DNA of 47,372 nucleotides. Source: Octopus bimaculoides (taxonomy: Eukaryota). Shown in pieces: positions 1 through 12,465 of the stretch (position 1 is the stretch's first letter; the number at the start of each line of letters is the position of its first letter). The stretch covers positions 148,599,693 through 148,647,064 of the forward strand of contig NC_068983.1 in assembly GCF_001194135.2 (NCBI RefSeq). Direction: 5' to 3'. Both the position numbers and the translations under genes were made by a program. Under the pieces are notes generated by a model. The model did not search any database. It was not told the origin of the DNA and saw only the letters and a program-made list of their open reading frames with translations.

Positions 1-33
<33 letters not shown>

Positions 34-80
34 GAGAGTTTCAGAGAAACAGAGGGCGGTAAGTCCGCATATATATATTG

Positions 81-113
<33 letters not shown>

Positions 114-589
114 ATGTATACGTGTAATGTGTATGCATATACGTTACACAAGCCAACACACACATATTGTGACAAAGTAAATGAATGTTAAAGATAAGAG
201 CGAAGGTAAGAGAAAGAACGAGATAAAATGAGTCTAAAAGAAACAATGACAGTGTGAGAGAGGAATTTGGAGTGAACAGGAGAGAGAGAAACAGAGAAAG
301 ACCGAGTGAAAGACTTATAAATAGACATAACTGGTCTTTCTCTTGCATTATTTAGTATCTAGTGTATGAAAAAAAAAACAAAAGGAATCGGTTTTTTTTT
401 TTCTTAAATCAATGCGCAAAGCACATGATTTGTTTGTGTTCACCAACTAACCTCGATTTATAGCTCATCTTTTCTTTCACCATTGTATATGAGTGAGATC
501 AATATACAATCACAGAAACTAGATAGATGACCCAAAATACTGAGTTCAAACGGAATTATAAAAGGAACAATGAAAATTGAGAAGGAAAC

Positions 590-659
590 AGTTTAAAAAT
601 CGATAATTTAAATACCAGTAAGATACTGGGATCGATTTGAATTGACCGAAAACTTTCCT
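590..659 (+). repeat. 70-bp direct repeat, copy 1 (ends at the gap edge)
   Basis: AGTTTAAAAATCGATAATTT...AACTTTCCT at 590-659 matches 1131-1200 with one mismatch (A596/G1137). Confidence 0.9.
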
Positions 660-1130
660 NNNNNNNNNNNNNNNNNNNNNNNNNNNNNNNNNNNNNNNNN
701 NNNNNNNNNNNNNNNNNNNNNNNNNNNNNNNNNNNNNNNNNNNNNNNNNNNNNNNNNNNNNNNNNNNNNNNNNNNNNNNNNNNNNNNNNNNNNNNNNNNN
801 NNNNNNNNNNNNNNNNNNNNNNNNNNNNNNNNNNNNNNNNNNNNNNNNNNNNNNNNNNNNNNNNNNNNNNNNNNNNNNNNNNNNNNNNNNNNNNNNNNNN
901 NNNNNNNNNNNNNNNNNNNNNNNNNNNNNNNNNNNNNNNNNNNNNNNNNNNNNNNNNNNNNNNNNNNNNNNNNNNNNNNNNNNNNNNNNNNNNNNNNNNN
1001 NNNNNNNNNNNNTGTGTGTATGTGTGTGTGTGTGTGTTTGTGTGTACGTGGGCGTTATTTTTACTTTGTTTGCATTGCTATAGAAAGAATAGAAATTTTG
1101 GTGGAAGGCGTTATTGAGATGTTGATTTCT

Positions 1131-1200
1131 AGTTTAGAAATCGATAATTTAAATACCAGTAAGATACTGGGATCGATTTGAATTGACCGAAAACTTTCCT
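1131..1200 (+). repeat. 70-bp direct repeat, copy 2
   Basis: 69/70 identical to 590-659. Confidence 0.9.
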
Positions 1201-1420
1201 TAGAGCGAGAAATATTTTAGGTGCCCCAGGCTCGACGAAACAATCAATGTTTCAAAATAATAATCGAAATTATGGAAGTTAAATAAGCATCGTTAAAAAG
1301 GGATCAAAGAGCAACAGAATACTTTATTGTGTGTGCGGTGTCAGAGGGGTTCATATATAGACATGCATACACACATATATAACTGTTTATCATTAAGGTA
1401 ATGAGCAGGTAATAACTTAA

Positions 1421-1565
1421 GGGCATCGGGGAAAATGCCTTACTGTATTTCTTCTGATTCTTTGCCTTCTGATTTCCAGTTCCGCCGAGGTCAACTTTGC
1501 AACTCATCCTTTTAAGAATCGATAAAAGGAGTACCAGTCAAGTATTAAGCGTGATGTAATTAATT
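1421..1565 (+). mobile_element. Degenerate tRNA-derived SINE (same family as 12835-13064)
   Basis: TTCCGCCGAGGTCAACTTTGC..TCATCC..TCGATAAAA..GTACCAGT aligns by eye to the reverse complement of 12835-13064. Confidence 0.55.
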
Positions 1566-4283
1566 TGTACTATTACTGACACCAAATTCCAGACGTTGTG
1601 CCTATATTACATACAATTATTATTATTACGATTGTTATCCATTTCTTATTGCTATTACTATCTCTCAAAACTGCAACATGAATGCATTCACAAAGAAGTC
1701 TCTATTCAGGACCTGTGTAACATTTAACCTATCATTAGCATATAATTTATAACGGCGTATGTATATGCGTGTGTGGCTGTTAAAAATTTACGCTAACCGT
1801 GAGTGAAAAATATGTGTGCGTGCGTTTGTGTGTATGTGAAGAGACAGGGACAAGAAGAGGAGAGAAAGAAGTGACATTAAATTCTATATATATTCAATTC
1901 TTTGTATAATGATAATCGTTGGCGTTAAATACACATATTCCCATTAAATCAAATGAAATTCCAATTGAAGTCTAACTCTAGTTACCAACCAGGGCTGAGA
2001 TACGTAAGGCCTTCCCTCCCGAAATTTATTAATGCTACTGGTAAAGTTGTACTTCATATTTTAACCGAGAAAAAGTACGGTGCTCCGGGCATGTAAATAG
2101 CAACCCTGCAGCTGCGATTTCTGCTGCTGTTGTCGGTGATGTTGTGGTTTGAATAAAGCCCGTCCTCAGTTGATCAAATTTGTGGTCAAAGACTTCCAGG
2201 AATTAATTTCCTCAAGAGAATGATACTATATGTCATTGTTCCTTTACTTGAAGTGGAAGTTGTAAATTGAAGGAGTTTTGGCTGTTATATCTAACCGATC
2301 AATTAACCACGTTAGGTCTATCTATTCTTTGCTGGTTCGATTTAATTAGGTAGGAGACCATTCTATTCAATCTGTAAGAAAACCATTCTATTTTACCAGT
2401 AAGAAGTTTCAATTCCCATCTGTTGATCTGCTCGCTTTTGAGCTAAAAATATTCGTGACAAACGTATGATATTTAATATCGTATCTCTTTTTATTTGTTA
2501 TTTTAACTGGCTGAGCCACTTTGATTCGATCTTATCCACACTACTACGTAATTGAATAAGGGGTTACTTTTAAGAAAGAAAAAACTTGAAATAAAAATTA
2601 AATAGGAGTTGGTTTATGTTACAGGTTGGCATACCCTCTGGAAAATAATCGGTAGGACGGCTACTTCAAAATCGCTTGAAACGTGGATCGGTTCCCGTCA
2701 CATTAATATATTTGTGGCTTTAGCTACCACATTAAGTTTCAATTCGCATGCAAGTGAGATAGATATATGTACACATCTATGTATATATGTGAGCATATGC
2801 GTTTGTATAGCTATCTATATCTCTCTCGGCCAGTTCTTCACCAAAAGGCTCATGATCAGTGGTGTTCGCATAATGGTTAACTATTTTTCTTTTTTGTGAA
2901 GCATAATGTATTAATAGCTACATTATCCAATGTGGTCGTCCATTATTCAAGATAGGAATTTGTGATCTGACGAATAATTTTGCTGCTAATTCTAGCATTC
3001 GAAAGGTAACGTCGTCTCCCACGTTGGTTCACATATTTGTGTGTATATGTCTGTGTGTGCGTACCGCTGTCTGTATATGTTACGAGAGTGCGCATCAACA
3101 TCCAGATATATTTCTTCAAGGTACTTTATATTCAATTACTTAATAATTATTAAACTGGTTTCTCTTTCGTCTAATGACTACTGGTAGCAAAGGAAGACAC
3201 AAAAAAGGTTTAAATCACCCTCAGGGGAATTCCTCATGAAGTGGCTCAACAAACCGATTGTCTATTAGAGGATAAATATATATAAATCCGACATTAGTAA
3301 TTATTTGATGAGATTCCAAACAAGGAAATATTAATCCTTAGGCTGTATTTCTCATAGGATGATACACAGAGATTTTGTACAAGTAAATAAATAGAAAAAC
3401 AGAAAAAATTACATAGATCTGATTTTGGAGAAAAATATTTTATGAAAGCGCCTGGAAGACAAAATTCGATGTGAAGAAATAAACGATAAAGTTTGATAGA
3501 CTGCATTGTTTCTTAAAGGAACCGAATTACAAAATGGACAAATCGATAAAATATGCTTTTGGATCTTTTCCATATAGAAACGAGTGGGAATGTTTTTTCC
3601 GTTTTCCGTTAAGTATCGGTTGTATTTCTCTTAACAATAAAACAGATTTATAGATGCTGAAAATTAAAGTCAGCCTGTGTTAAATATAGTTTGGTGATGA
3701 TGCTGATTAGAGACACACATACATATGCATACGTACATACTTATACTGGTGCATAGTAATATTTCACTTACCTGTAAACTATTCTTAATATAAATTGAGT
3801 TGGCTGGCGAAAACTAATTCATCGTCGAATATAATGAAGTTTCACATCCACAGACTAAATATATTGAAATTAGATACTATTAGAACAACCTTGCTTTCAG
3901 TTGTTTACTGCTTAGAATATAGAGAAGAAAATATACTTTGCTCTTCGGGAGAGAAGTGAATTGAATATGCCAAATCATACCAAGCCAACTTAAAATAAAT
4001 TGCGATAAATTTTCAGCCTGTATCAAACTCATGTCCTAGTTCAGCTTCAGTTTTTGATCGTAAATATTTAACTCTTTTATCTTATGCTTAAACTTAAACA
4101 GTGCATGAATGCCAAACGATAGTTCTTTGAACTTGAAGAAAAGGAAAATACTATTTATCCATGGGCTAGCTAAGCCATTGTCGGGCAGTCCGACGATGGG
4201 TCAGTTGGCTGAAACTTGAAAGTCAATCTCAATGATATTCTTTAACAATTATATATATATATCTGTGTGTGTGTGTAAAGATA

Positions 4284-4348
<65 letters not shown>

Positions 4349-4360
4349 TACGTATGTATA

Positions 4361-4576
4361 CGAGGGGAGCTGAAAAGTTCCTGGTTTTGGGTAAAAGAAA
4401 ATACAGGAGGATCAGTTAATTATAATTTTATAGAATATATTCCCCCTCTTAGGTTCACATACTTACTGCAGCTGTCCTTCAGTTATTTCTAAGCCCTGTG
4501 AAAGAACTCCGATGGTTGAGCCTCCAGCCAGGCCTTTCGTGAGATCTTACAACCAGGAACTTTTCAGCACCCTTCG
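4361..4576. mobile_element. Tc1/mariner-derived MITE, 216 bp
   Basis: 26-bp terminal inverted repeats (4361-4386 vs 4551-4576, 24/26 match, CGAGGGGAGCTGAAAAGTTCCTGGTT) flanked by TA on both sides (4359-60, 4577-78). The minus strand carries a frameshifted remnant resembling a mariner transposase C-terminus (..SCSKYVNLRG/EYIL*). Confidence 0.9.
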
Positions 4577-4643
<67 letters not shown>

Positions 4644-4799
4644 ATAGACAGATAGATAGAAATCTTTTAAGACTATATATGAAATGTACTTTAACACCAA
4701 TCTCCTCTTAACTATGTTTAGTCGTCTCTTGCTTGTAAACATGACATAGTAATGTGTACCACGCTTTCACAAGTTGTTTTTCGTGTTTATGTTGGCGCT

Positions 4800-5030
4800 A
4801 GAAGCTACAGGTATGATCTCAACCTAAGACCTTGCAGCATATCGAGAATGTAACAGCTGGAGGAAGACAAGGCGCATCATTACTCATCTTGTACTTATTC
4901 TCAGCTGTGTAGCTTGGAGCAACGTGAAATGAAATGTCTTGTTCAAAAACTCAATGCGCCTCTCGATCCAAGATATAAAGCTATGCCCTTAAGCATGTGT
5001 GCCGAACACTCTTAATGACTAGACCGTGCG
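4800..5030 (-). mobile_element. Degenerate SINE with CORE/V-like central motif
   Basis: Minus strand reads ..TTTTTGAACAAGACATTTCATTTCACGTTGCTCCAAGCTACACAGCTG.., resembling the CCTTGAGCAAG motif at 42972-42984. The tRNA head is eroded and boundaries are approximate. Confidence 0.4.
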
Positions 5031-5682
5031 CCGTATATATATAATCTCGGTTTCATTCTGCTAAAATAACAAACTAAGGAAAGAAAACATGTACAAGTTT
5101 GCCTTGTGAACAATACACTGACTGGACGTCTTCCCCAACTAGATACAATTGTGTTGAATGCTTCGAGGGGAAATTTGTTACTCTGCTCCAAAACTTCGAA
5201 AATCATCTTTATGTATATTCAAATTTATGCTACATGAACAGAAAGTAAAATACCTTATTAAGGTATTATTTCTGCCGTAAATTAGTTTAACGATATCCCA
5301 ATTTATCATAGACAACATTATCCTATAAGCACATAGCATTCAAATAATTCTTCTGCAAAGATTAGAATATTATAATAAAATCATATGAAAAACGATGTAG
5401 ATGCTACTGTAACATGCAACTTAAGAACAAGAGGGGATTAAACGTGACCTTCCTGGATATAGAGATGTTAAATCAAGAATTGTAACTATTTTTTAGTAAT
5501 TAACTATGAAAACTTTAGTAACTGTGAATTGTTAAAAAGCGAAAGAAAATTGAGAAGCACCAAACCAAAAGAAAATTTATCGACAATGGAAGAAAGGTAA
5601 CAAATTGTGCTTGGAGAAATTCTATGGATTTAACTATAAAGGGTTGTTAATTGTCTTGTCATGATCTACATTCCAATCTTTA

Positions 5683-5865
5683 GAGCGTCGTACAAAATGT
5701 CCTTTCGCGTTTAGTTACGCCCCTTACGTTCCGAGTTCAAATCCAGTCGAGATTAATTTCATCTTTCATCCTTCTGAAGTCAATAAAATAAAGTACTAGT
5801 ACAGTGCTGAGGTCTATTTAATCGACTAACCCTTCCCTCAAAATGTCGAGCTATCTGCTTAGTTT
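5683..5865 (+). mobile_element. Degenerate tRNA-derived SINE (12835-13064 family)
   Basis: B-box GAGTTCAAATCC at 5733-5744, followed by CTTTCATCCTTC..GTCAATAAAATAAAGTACTAG..AATCGACTAACCC as in the family body. Confidence 0.6.
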
Positions 5866-6087
5866 TGAAATGATCGCTGTCAGAATTTCAGTACCTAGTT
5901 GCGTTCCTTTAGTTTCTTTTGGGGCTGTGGATTGGCAGAATCCTTAAAGCCTCAGACGTCAGACCTTGTGGTAATTGTTCCACTACTATACATTCTGATC
6001 TCGACTACCGCCTTTCAGTCAATTCAGCATATCTAAGCTTATATAATGTATCAATTTAATACTGCGATCGGTAGTATCAACTGTTCT

Positions 6088-6709
6088 GTTCCCCCAAGAA
6101 CGACGAAACTATTCCTCATGAACTTGTTTTATTGTCCTGACTTTGCGGACTTCTGGAGTTATGTTGAATAGCAACTGTCCAGTGTTGGACGAATCTGGAG
6201 AACAGCCGATACTTGGGTATTCTATCGCCTCCCTCCTTTAACCAGACAGAAAAGAGAGTCATCAATATGTTGTCTGTGTTTAAAGAGGCCATGACGTGGA
6301 CGAAGATAAAAAGCTTGAGGACACATTATTTTCCTCGGCTGAGCCCTCACCAATGTTTCCAAGTTTCACGAGAAAAAACAAAGTGAAGATGGAAAGGGAG
6401 GTGCTGTCGTCAATCCAAATTTATTGAAAGTTAGGAAAATGGCAAGAGTGGATGGGAAGACAACTGAGGGGGACAGGTGACATTAGTGTTCGGGGTGATC
6501 TTACATCTGTGAGATTCAAATATCAGGAAGACAGCTTGATCATCATTTATTATTTGTAGACGATCTATGATTATATTTCATATATTTTTTTAAACTCATT
6601 TGATTTTCTATGTAAATCTCCACACTTTATGTCTGCCTTTGTAATTTTCCCCTCATCAGACTACCTGGTAACAAATAAAAGAAATCATTATTATTATTAT
6701 TATTATTAT
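6088..6709 (+). mobile_element. Decayed L1/Tx1-like LINE 3' end: ORF2 C-terminus, 3' UTR and (ATT)n tail
   Basis: Frameshifted translation NDETIPHELV/YCPDFADFWSYVE*QLSSVGRI...LTNVSKFHEK/KVKMEREVLSS...VRKMARV aligns with the intact fragment at 14259 (TVLHALVQCPDISELWTFVERLLSRVGRA...FVNFFKYHLKRRMSIERKVLSN...VARMVRM). AATAAA at 6674-6679 and (ATT)n at 6687-6709 follow. Confidence 0.7.
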
Positions 6710-7105
6710 CATTTCCTTAGAGACCTTTGATGTTCTGTAGACCGATGCTTACTTTTGCAGATGAAAGACAAATCTTCCCGATGAATAAATATAAATACTG
6801 TTTAATGTGGGCACTACAAACCAAACGGATCACCCGTCACTTACCGTTGCTGCTTCTGTATATAATTACAACTAAGTAGATAGTACAGCTGCCAGTTTAA
6901 GTATCCTGACCACACAGTGTCGATGTCGTTAGCAACGATTTGTACTCCAGTTCTGTACTGAATCAGTTGTCTATGACCTAGATATTATATAAACATTACA
7001 TACAATAAAAGAAGAGAGAAACAATGAACTCCTAGGAAAGTATAGATTGTCTGCGTTGGCAAATAGTGCCATAACTTGGCAAAGTAGAATAAATTATTTT
7101 GTCAT

Positions 7106-7141
<36 letters not shown>

Positions 7142-10100
7142 AAGGTTCTGTCAAGTTTCTCTTCTCATATTTCTCACAGCAAAATAATTTATTCTACTTT
7201 GCTGTTCTTCGTCTGATGATGAGTACGAGGATGATGATAATGATGATACTGAGGAGGAAGAGGATGCCAACGACGACGACAATGATGATAATGATGATGA
7301 TAACGGAAGGTCATGCTGGAGGCGGCGGCGGTTGTGGCGGTTGCAGTTTGTTGTATAACTGGCTCTAACAATGGAATTATTTCTTTGTATGTTCAGTTAC
7401 TATGGTTTGTACTATTGTTGTTTGCCGTCTGCCTAAGTTCTTTATCTACCAGAACAGGTAAAAAAAAAAAATCAAAATTAAAGCTTCGAACACGATTATA
7501 TGTTCCATCTAGCTGTAAATTAGCACCACACGGTTCACACCGTACACTTTTGCTATTTCTATTATTATTTAGTCTCACAATACATCTCATCCATTAGACT
7601 TTTCGTCGAGGAGACTTATGATTAAAAGCATTCCAGCAAAACTATTCCCTGTTTTGTATAAATACGGCTACTTTGCATAACATGGCCTTCATTTTCCAAG
7701 ATCATCGAGTGTATTTCCGAAGATTTTGGCTACTATTTTTCACATTTTCAGCGAATGTATAGTAGATACCACGTTTTCATCATTTTCATCACGTACAAGA
7801 GGAATATGTAATTGGAAACCATTTTATCAGTTCATAGAGCTAAGGACCAGCAAGATTTTTTTTTAATCAGAGGGTTGAAAGCTCACATTTATAGCAGTCG
7901 GGAGATGTATGGAGCCTATTTTTGACCCCACTATGAGCATACATGAGTCGATATAGAACTTTAGAATAGGAAAACATCCGTTAAATGTTATAATGAGCTC
8001 GCTGTTTGCAACACTGAACAAAACCACGTTATGGTACTTGATTATAACTTGGTTAACAGAGCCTTTGAAAGCAACATGTTTTGGGTCATGGACACGGCAT
8101 ATCACCACCGAGAATGTATGAACCAATGACATAAGGCTTCGCATATAGCCGTCGGATACCTTACAGTATAGTCTCTGATACATACACAGCAATATCCTGG
8201 AGTAAAGGAAATAGTAAGTATATAAAAGGGAAAAATCGAAGAGGCAGAATATCCTATTACATTTCTTCACTTCGATTACCACCTACATAAATTAAATATA
8301 TTTAATCTTTCGTCTGTCAAAGAATGATTAATTCTAATGACTTCAAGAATAAAAGAATCGGGAGTTGTGAGGCTGCCCATACCTTTAAAAAACAGAAATG
8401 AGAGCTATGGGTAAAACAATCGTATACAGGATTGGAACTTGGAACCGGAACTAACTGCCGGATACATACAGCAACGCAATAAAGCTATCTAAAATCCTAT
8501 TAATCGAAAAGAAAACGTGATTCATCTCCCACTCCCAAATTTCAATTTATTAGTAAATTACACACCCAGTTCAAACCGTTTATTTTGTTTCTTTTACTTT
8601 AATCTGTTTCTTTCTGACAACCCGCCCAAGTAGTTTACTAGTCATTAAACGAGAGTGCAAATTTTGAAATATCTCGAAAAATAAGTCATTAATATACAAA
8701 ATAAGTACCCAGTTTCTCATTTGAATTATATGTTCGAATTGAAAAGGAAATACATAATAGTAAAACTACAGATAATGGAAGTATTATTTTTATGATATGT
8801 AAAAAAAACAAACAACAAAACAGCAAATACATTGTTGTTATTTTTCTCTTTAATTACCAAATTTGAGCACTTTCTCGTGAATCAGTCATTCTACTTAAGA
8901 CTGAGAACAGGAAGTAGAATTTGTTTCCAAATATGAAAGAAAGAGTATTAGCACTTAACATATATGGTGACCGTTTTGCTCAGTTCCACTTCTTGATAAA
9001 AAAAAAAAAGAAGCTGTTTATTAAAAACATATAAAAGAGCATGCATATATGTGCGTGTGTGTGTAATATTATGTAGCGCATACATATATGTGTGTGTGTG
9101 TGTGTGTGTGCGCGTGTCTGTGTCTGTGTGTGTGTGTGTTGTACATAAACAATACAGACATACATGTGCGCGCTCACACACACACATATATATCGAGAGA
9201 GGGGGAGAAATGTCTCACTCTTAATGTGGCTGATAAATGTCTGAACTTCCATAAGACAACGCGTTCCCTTCAAAAATTATGTTCATTGTGCCTATCAGAT
9301 GAGACTAAACGTGGCTCAGAGGTAGAGATTTTAGCTTTGTATTATACAATGATGTAATGCAGGCTCCAGTAATTCTCCCATAACCTCGAATCAACATAGA
9401 ATTAACTGTGAGTAAAATTGAGCAAATAGAATCTATGGAAAAATGTGTCAGATATATATCTCATGGGGTTAGAAATTTCTTCCGTCAGCATTTTTAACAT
9501 TACCACATGAGCTTTTATTGGTGGCCATTCTGTTGTTACTTTTGGCCCATGACATCGGTCTGATGTTTTTTCCTACTTTTTCCCCAGGCATTCAATTAAG
9601 CAGGCTTTCAATTATGTATGTATCTATATTGTATGATACATAGGTTGCTATTTTAAACTAACTCTGTCTCTGTCACACAGAGGAAAATGGTAGTTGAACT
9701 GAGGGTGAAGAGGACGTCGTGTGGAGGAACAAAATAAAACGCTTCTCTCTACAATAACGATAATCAGAGAACTGATTTCTGAACCGTATATCACGAAGAC
9801 GTTCCGTGAATCGATGGGATAAATAGCTAAGGGGTCGACCCAATAAACGAGGCATCGAAATTTCACTGCCTGTGGTTTCGTCATTGACCGACTGTGTCCC
9901 CTTAATGTAGTATTTGAATACACATCCTAGCACACGCACGCGCGCGCGCAGTCTTCTAGCCTTAATGATATAGAACTAAATTTCAGCCGTCCGAAAGTCA
10001 CAACTAAATTGTATATCTGAATATTCTACTGCTATTATCATATAACACAGTCTGAAACATAATATTGATTTATTTACTTCTGTGGTTTGAGAACATAGTC

Positions 10101-10466
10101 TGTCTTGTTTTCATTTTCTCTTACTGTCATTTTTAGTATCTAGTACTTCCGGTAGTTTTGTAATAAAACAAAAGGCTTTAGACTGCAAAATGAAAATGAA
10201 TTATACTAATGAGATCAAAAGAATGTGAATGTGTATTCGTATTTGTATGTGCGTTCTAATATACCTATATATAAATGTACCNNNNNNNNNNNNNNNNNNN
10301 NNNNNNNNNNNNNNNNNNNNNNNNNNNNNNNNNNNNNNNNNNNNNNNNNNNNNNNNNNNNNNNNNNNNNNNNNNNNNNNNNNNNNNNNNNNNNNNNNNNN
10401 NNNNNNNNNNNNNNNNNNNNNNNNNNNNNNNNNNNNNNNNNNNNNNNNNNNNNNNNNNNNNNNNNN

Positions 10467-10535
<69 letters not shown>

Positions 10536-11960
10536 GTAGTTGTATTTAATTGCCTAGGATAATTCAAATACTACTAACAAAACGAAGGAAAATTAATAAA
10601 ACAAAAGTAATCTCACTATGTTTGCTCTTCGAACTCATTACATTACGAACACAGAGTAGATTATGAGATACGGCTGCGCATGTGTGTGTATCGGCATTTA
10701 TAATCATACGTAGAGAGAGATTATATATACATATATATGTGTGTGTGTATACACACATACACACAATTATACACCCACTTAAACATACATGCACATAGTT
10801 TGATTTATGACATTCAATACTCTCGTTTTCATCGACTCACTCACTCTCTCTCAAGTTGAGAAGATGTGTAAATTTCATAGTTTCTAAATTTAGGAAATCT
10901 ATTCGTATATTTAACTGCTAAATCCATTTAAAATTTCCCAAAGTGTTTCGGTTAGAAATACCCTGGACATGCTCTAAAGATTCACAATGAAATTCTATAC
11001 ATTGACAAATGGATATATTCTTGTATGAAATGACAAGCGTATGATTACCACGCAACATATTAGTAGAATATGTGATGCTCTATCACAAATGCATACACAC
11101 ATGGACATACGCTGTAGTTTAGCCGAGGTTAAACCAAGTCGAGCATTCATATAAGCAAATGCATTCCACCCATGACCTCTTACATATTTTATAATGTCGA
11201 TCGTCCAATGTGTTATTTACTTATTTAAGCCCGTAGATGCATTACTACACGCTTGTACCCCCGTCCATCTCGATGGTCTATATATATATATATATATATA
11301 TATATNNNNNNNNNNNNNNNNNNNNNNNNNNNNNNNNNNNNNNNNNNNNNNNNNNNNNNNNNNNNNNNNNNNNNNNNNNNNNNNNNNNNNNNNNNNNNNN
11401 NNNNNNNNNNNNNNNNNNNNNNNNNNNNNNNNNNNNNNNNNNNNNNNNNNNNNNNNNNNNNNNNNNNNNNNNNNNNNNNNNNNNNNNNNNNNNNNNNNNN
11501 NNNNNNNNNNNNNNNNNNNNNNNNNNNNNNNNNNNNNNNNNNNNNNNNNNNNNNNNNNNNNNNNNNNNNNNNNNNNNNNNNNNNNNNNNNNNNNNNNNNN
11601 NNNNNNNNNNNNNNNNNNNNNNNNNNNNNNNNNNNNNNNNNNNNNNNNNNNNNNNNNNNNNNNNNNNNNNNNNNNNNNNNNNNNNNNNNNNNNNNNNNNN
11701 NNNNNNNNNNNNNNNNNNNNNNNNNNNNNNNNNNNNNNNNNNNNNNNNNNNNNNNNNNNNNNNNNNNNNNNNNNNNNNNNNNNNNNNNNNNNNNNNNNNN
11801 NNNNNNNNNNNNNNNNNNNNNNNNNNNNNNNNNNNNNNNNNNNNNNNNNNNNNNNNNNNNNNNNNNNNNNNNNNNNNNNNNNNNNNNNNNNNNNNNNNNN
11901 NNNNNNNNNNNNNNNNNNNNNNNNNNNNNNNNNNNNNNNNNNNNNNNNNNNNNNNNNNNN

Positions 11961-12033
<73 letters not shown>

Positions 12034-12465
12034 GTGTCCCACCCTCGCAAAGCCAAGGCAAAATATATATATTTATCGAAAAGTGAAATATAAAATTGCG
12101 ATACTTACGCATCTTTCACGAACATCTAAACATTCTCTAGCAGCCATTGAAATCAGAATTTCTATCCACCCTTTAGTTCGCGTCCCGTTTCAACTTCACC
12201 TGCAGAACGTCTGATTGGTTATCAGCAACATATATCTTCTTAGACTGGAAGGACCTGCAGGGAGTATGGGCGCTGAAACGTCAACACTGACTGAATTATT
12301 AAAAACCAATAATTCGACCGACAAAGTCCCATCGATGTTTAGGATTTTCCAAATGGAGGTTAACTCTGTCATAGAAAACAACGTGCTATTATTCAGATTT
12401 AAGTATTTGTGGTTTTAACACACAATCGACAGGCTTGAATTCAGATATGATATAGATTTCGAATT

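Noticed and set aside
3771-3907. Minus-strand segment with strong donor CAG|GTAAGT and a plausible acceptor
   Set aside because: Stops in all three frames; no evidence for a non-coding transcript either.
7200-7350. Acidic D/E-rich reading frame (SDDEYEDDDNDDTEEEED...)
   Set aside because: Mixed GAT/GAC/GAG trinucleotide low complexity with no splice or start context and an early stop.
12240-12290. CTGGAAG...GAAACGTC hammerhead-like motif
   Set aside because: Core box is not CTGANGA, and neither stem I nor stem II pairs convincingly.
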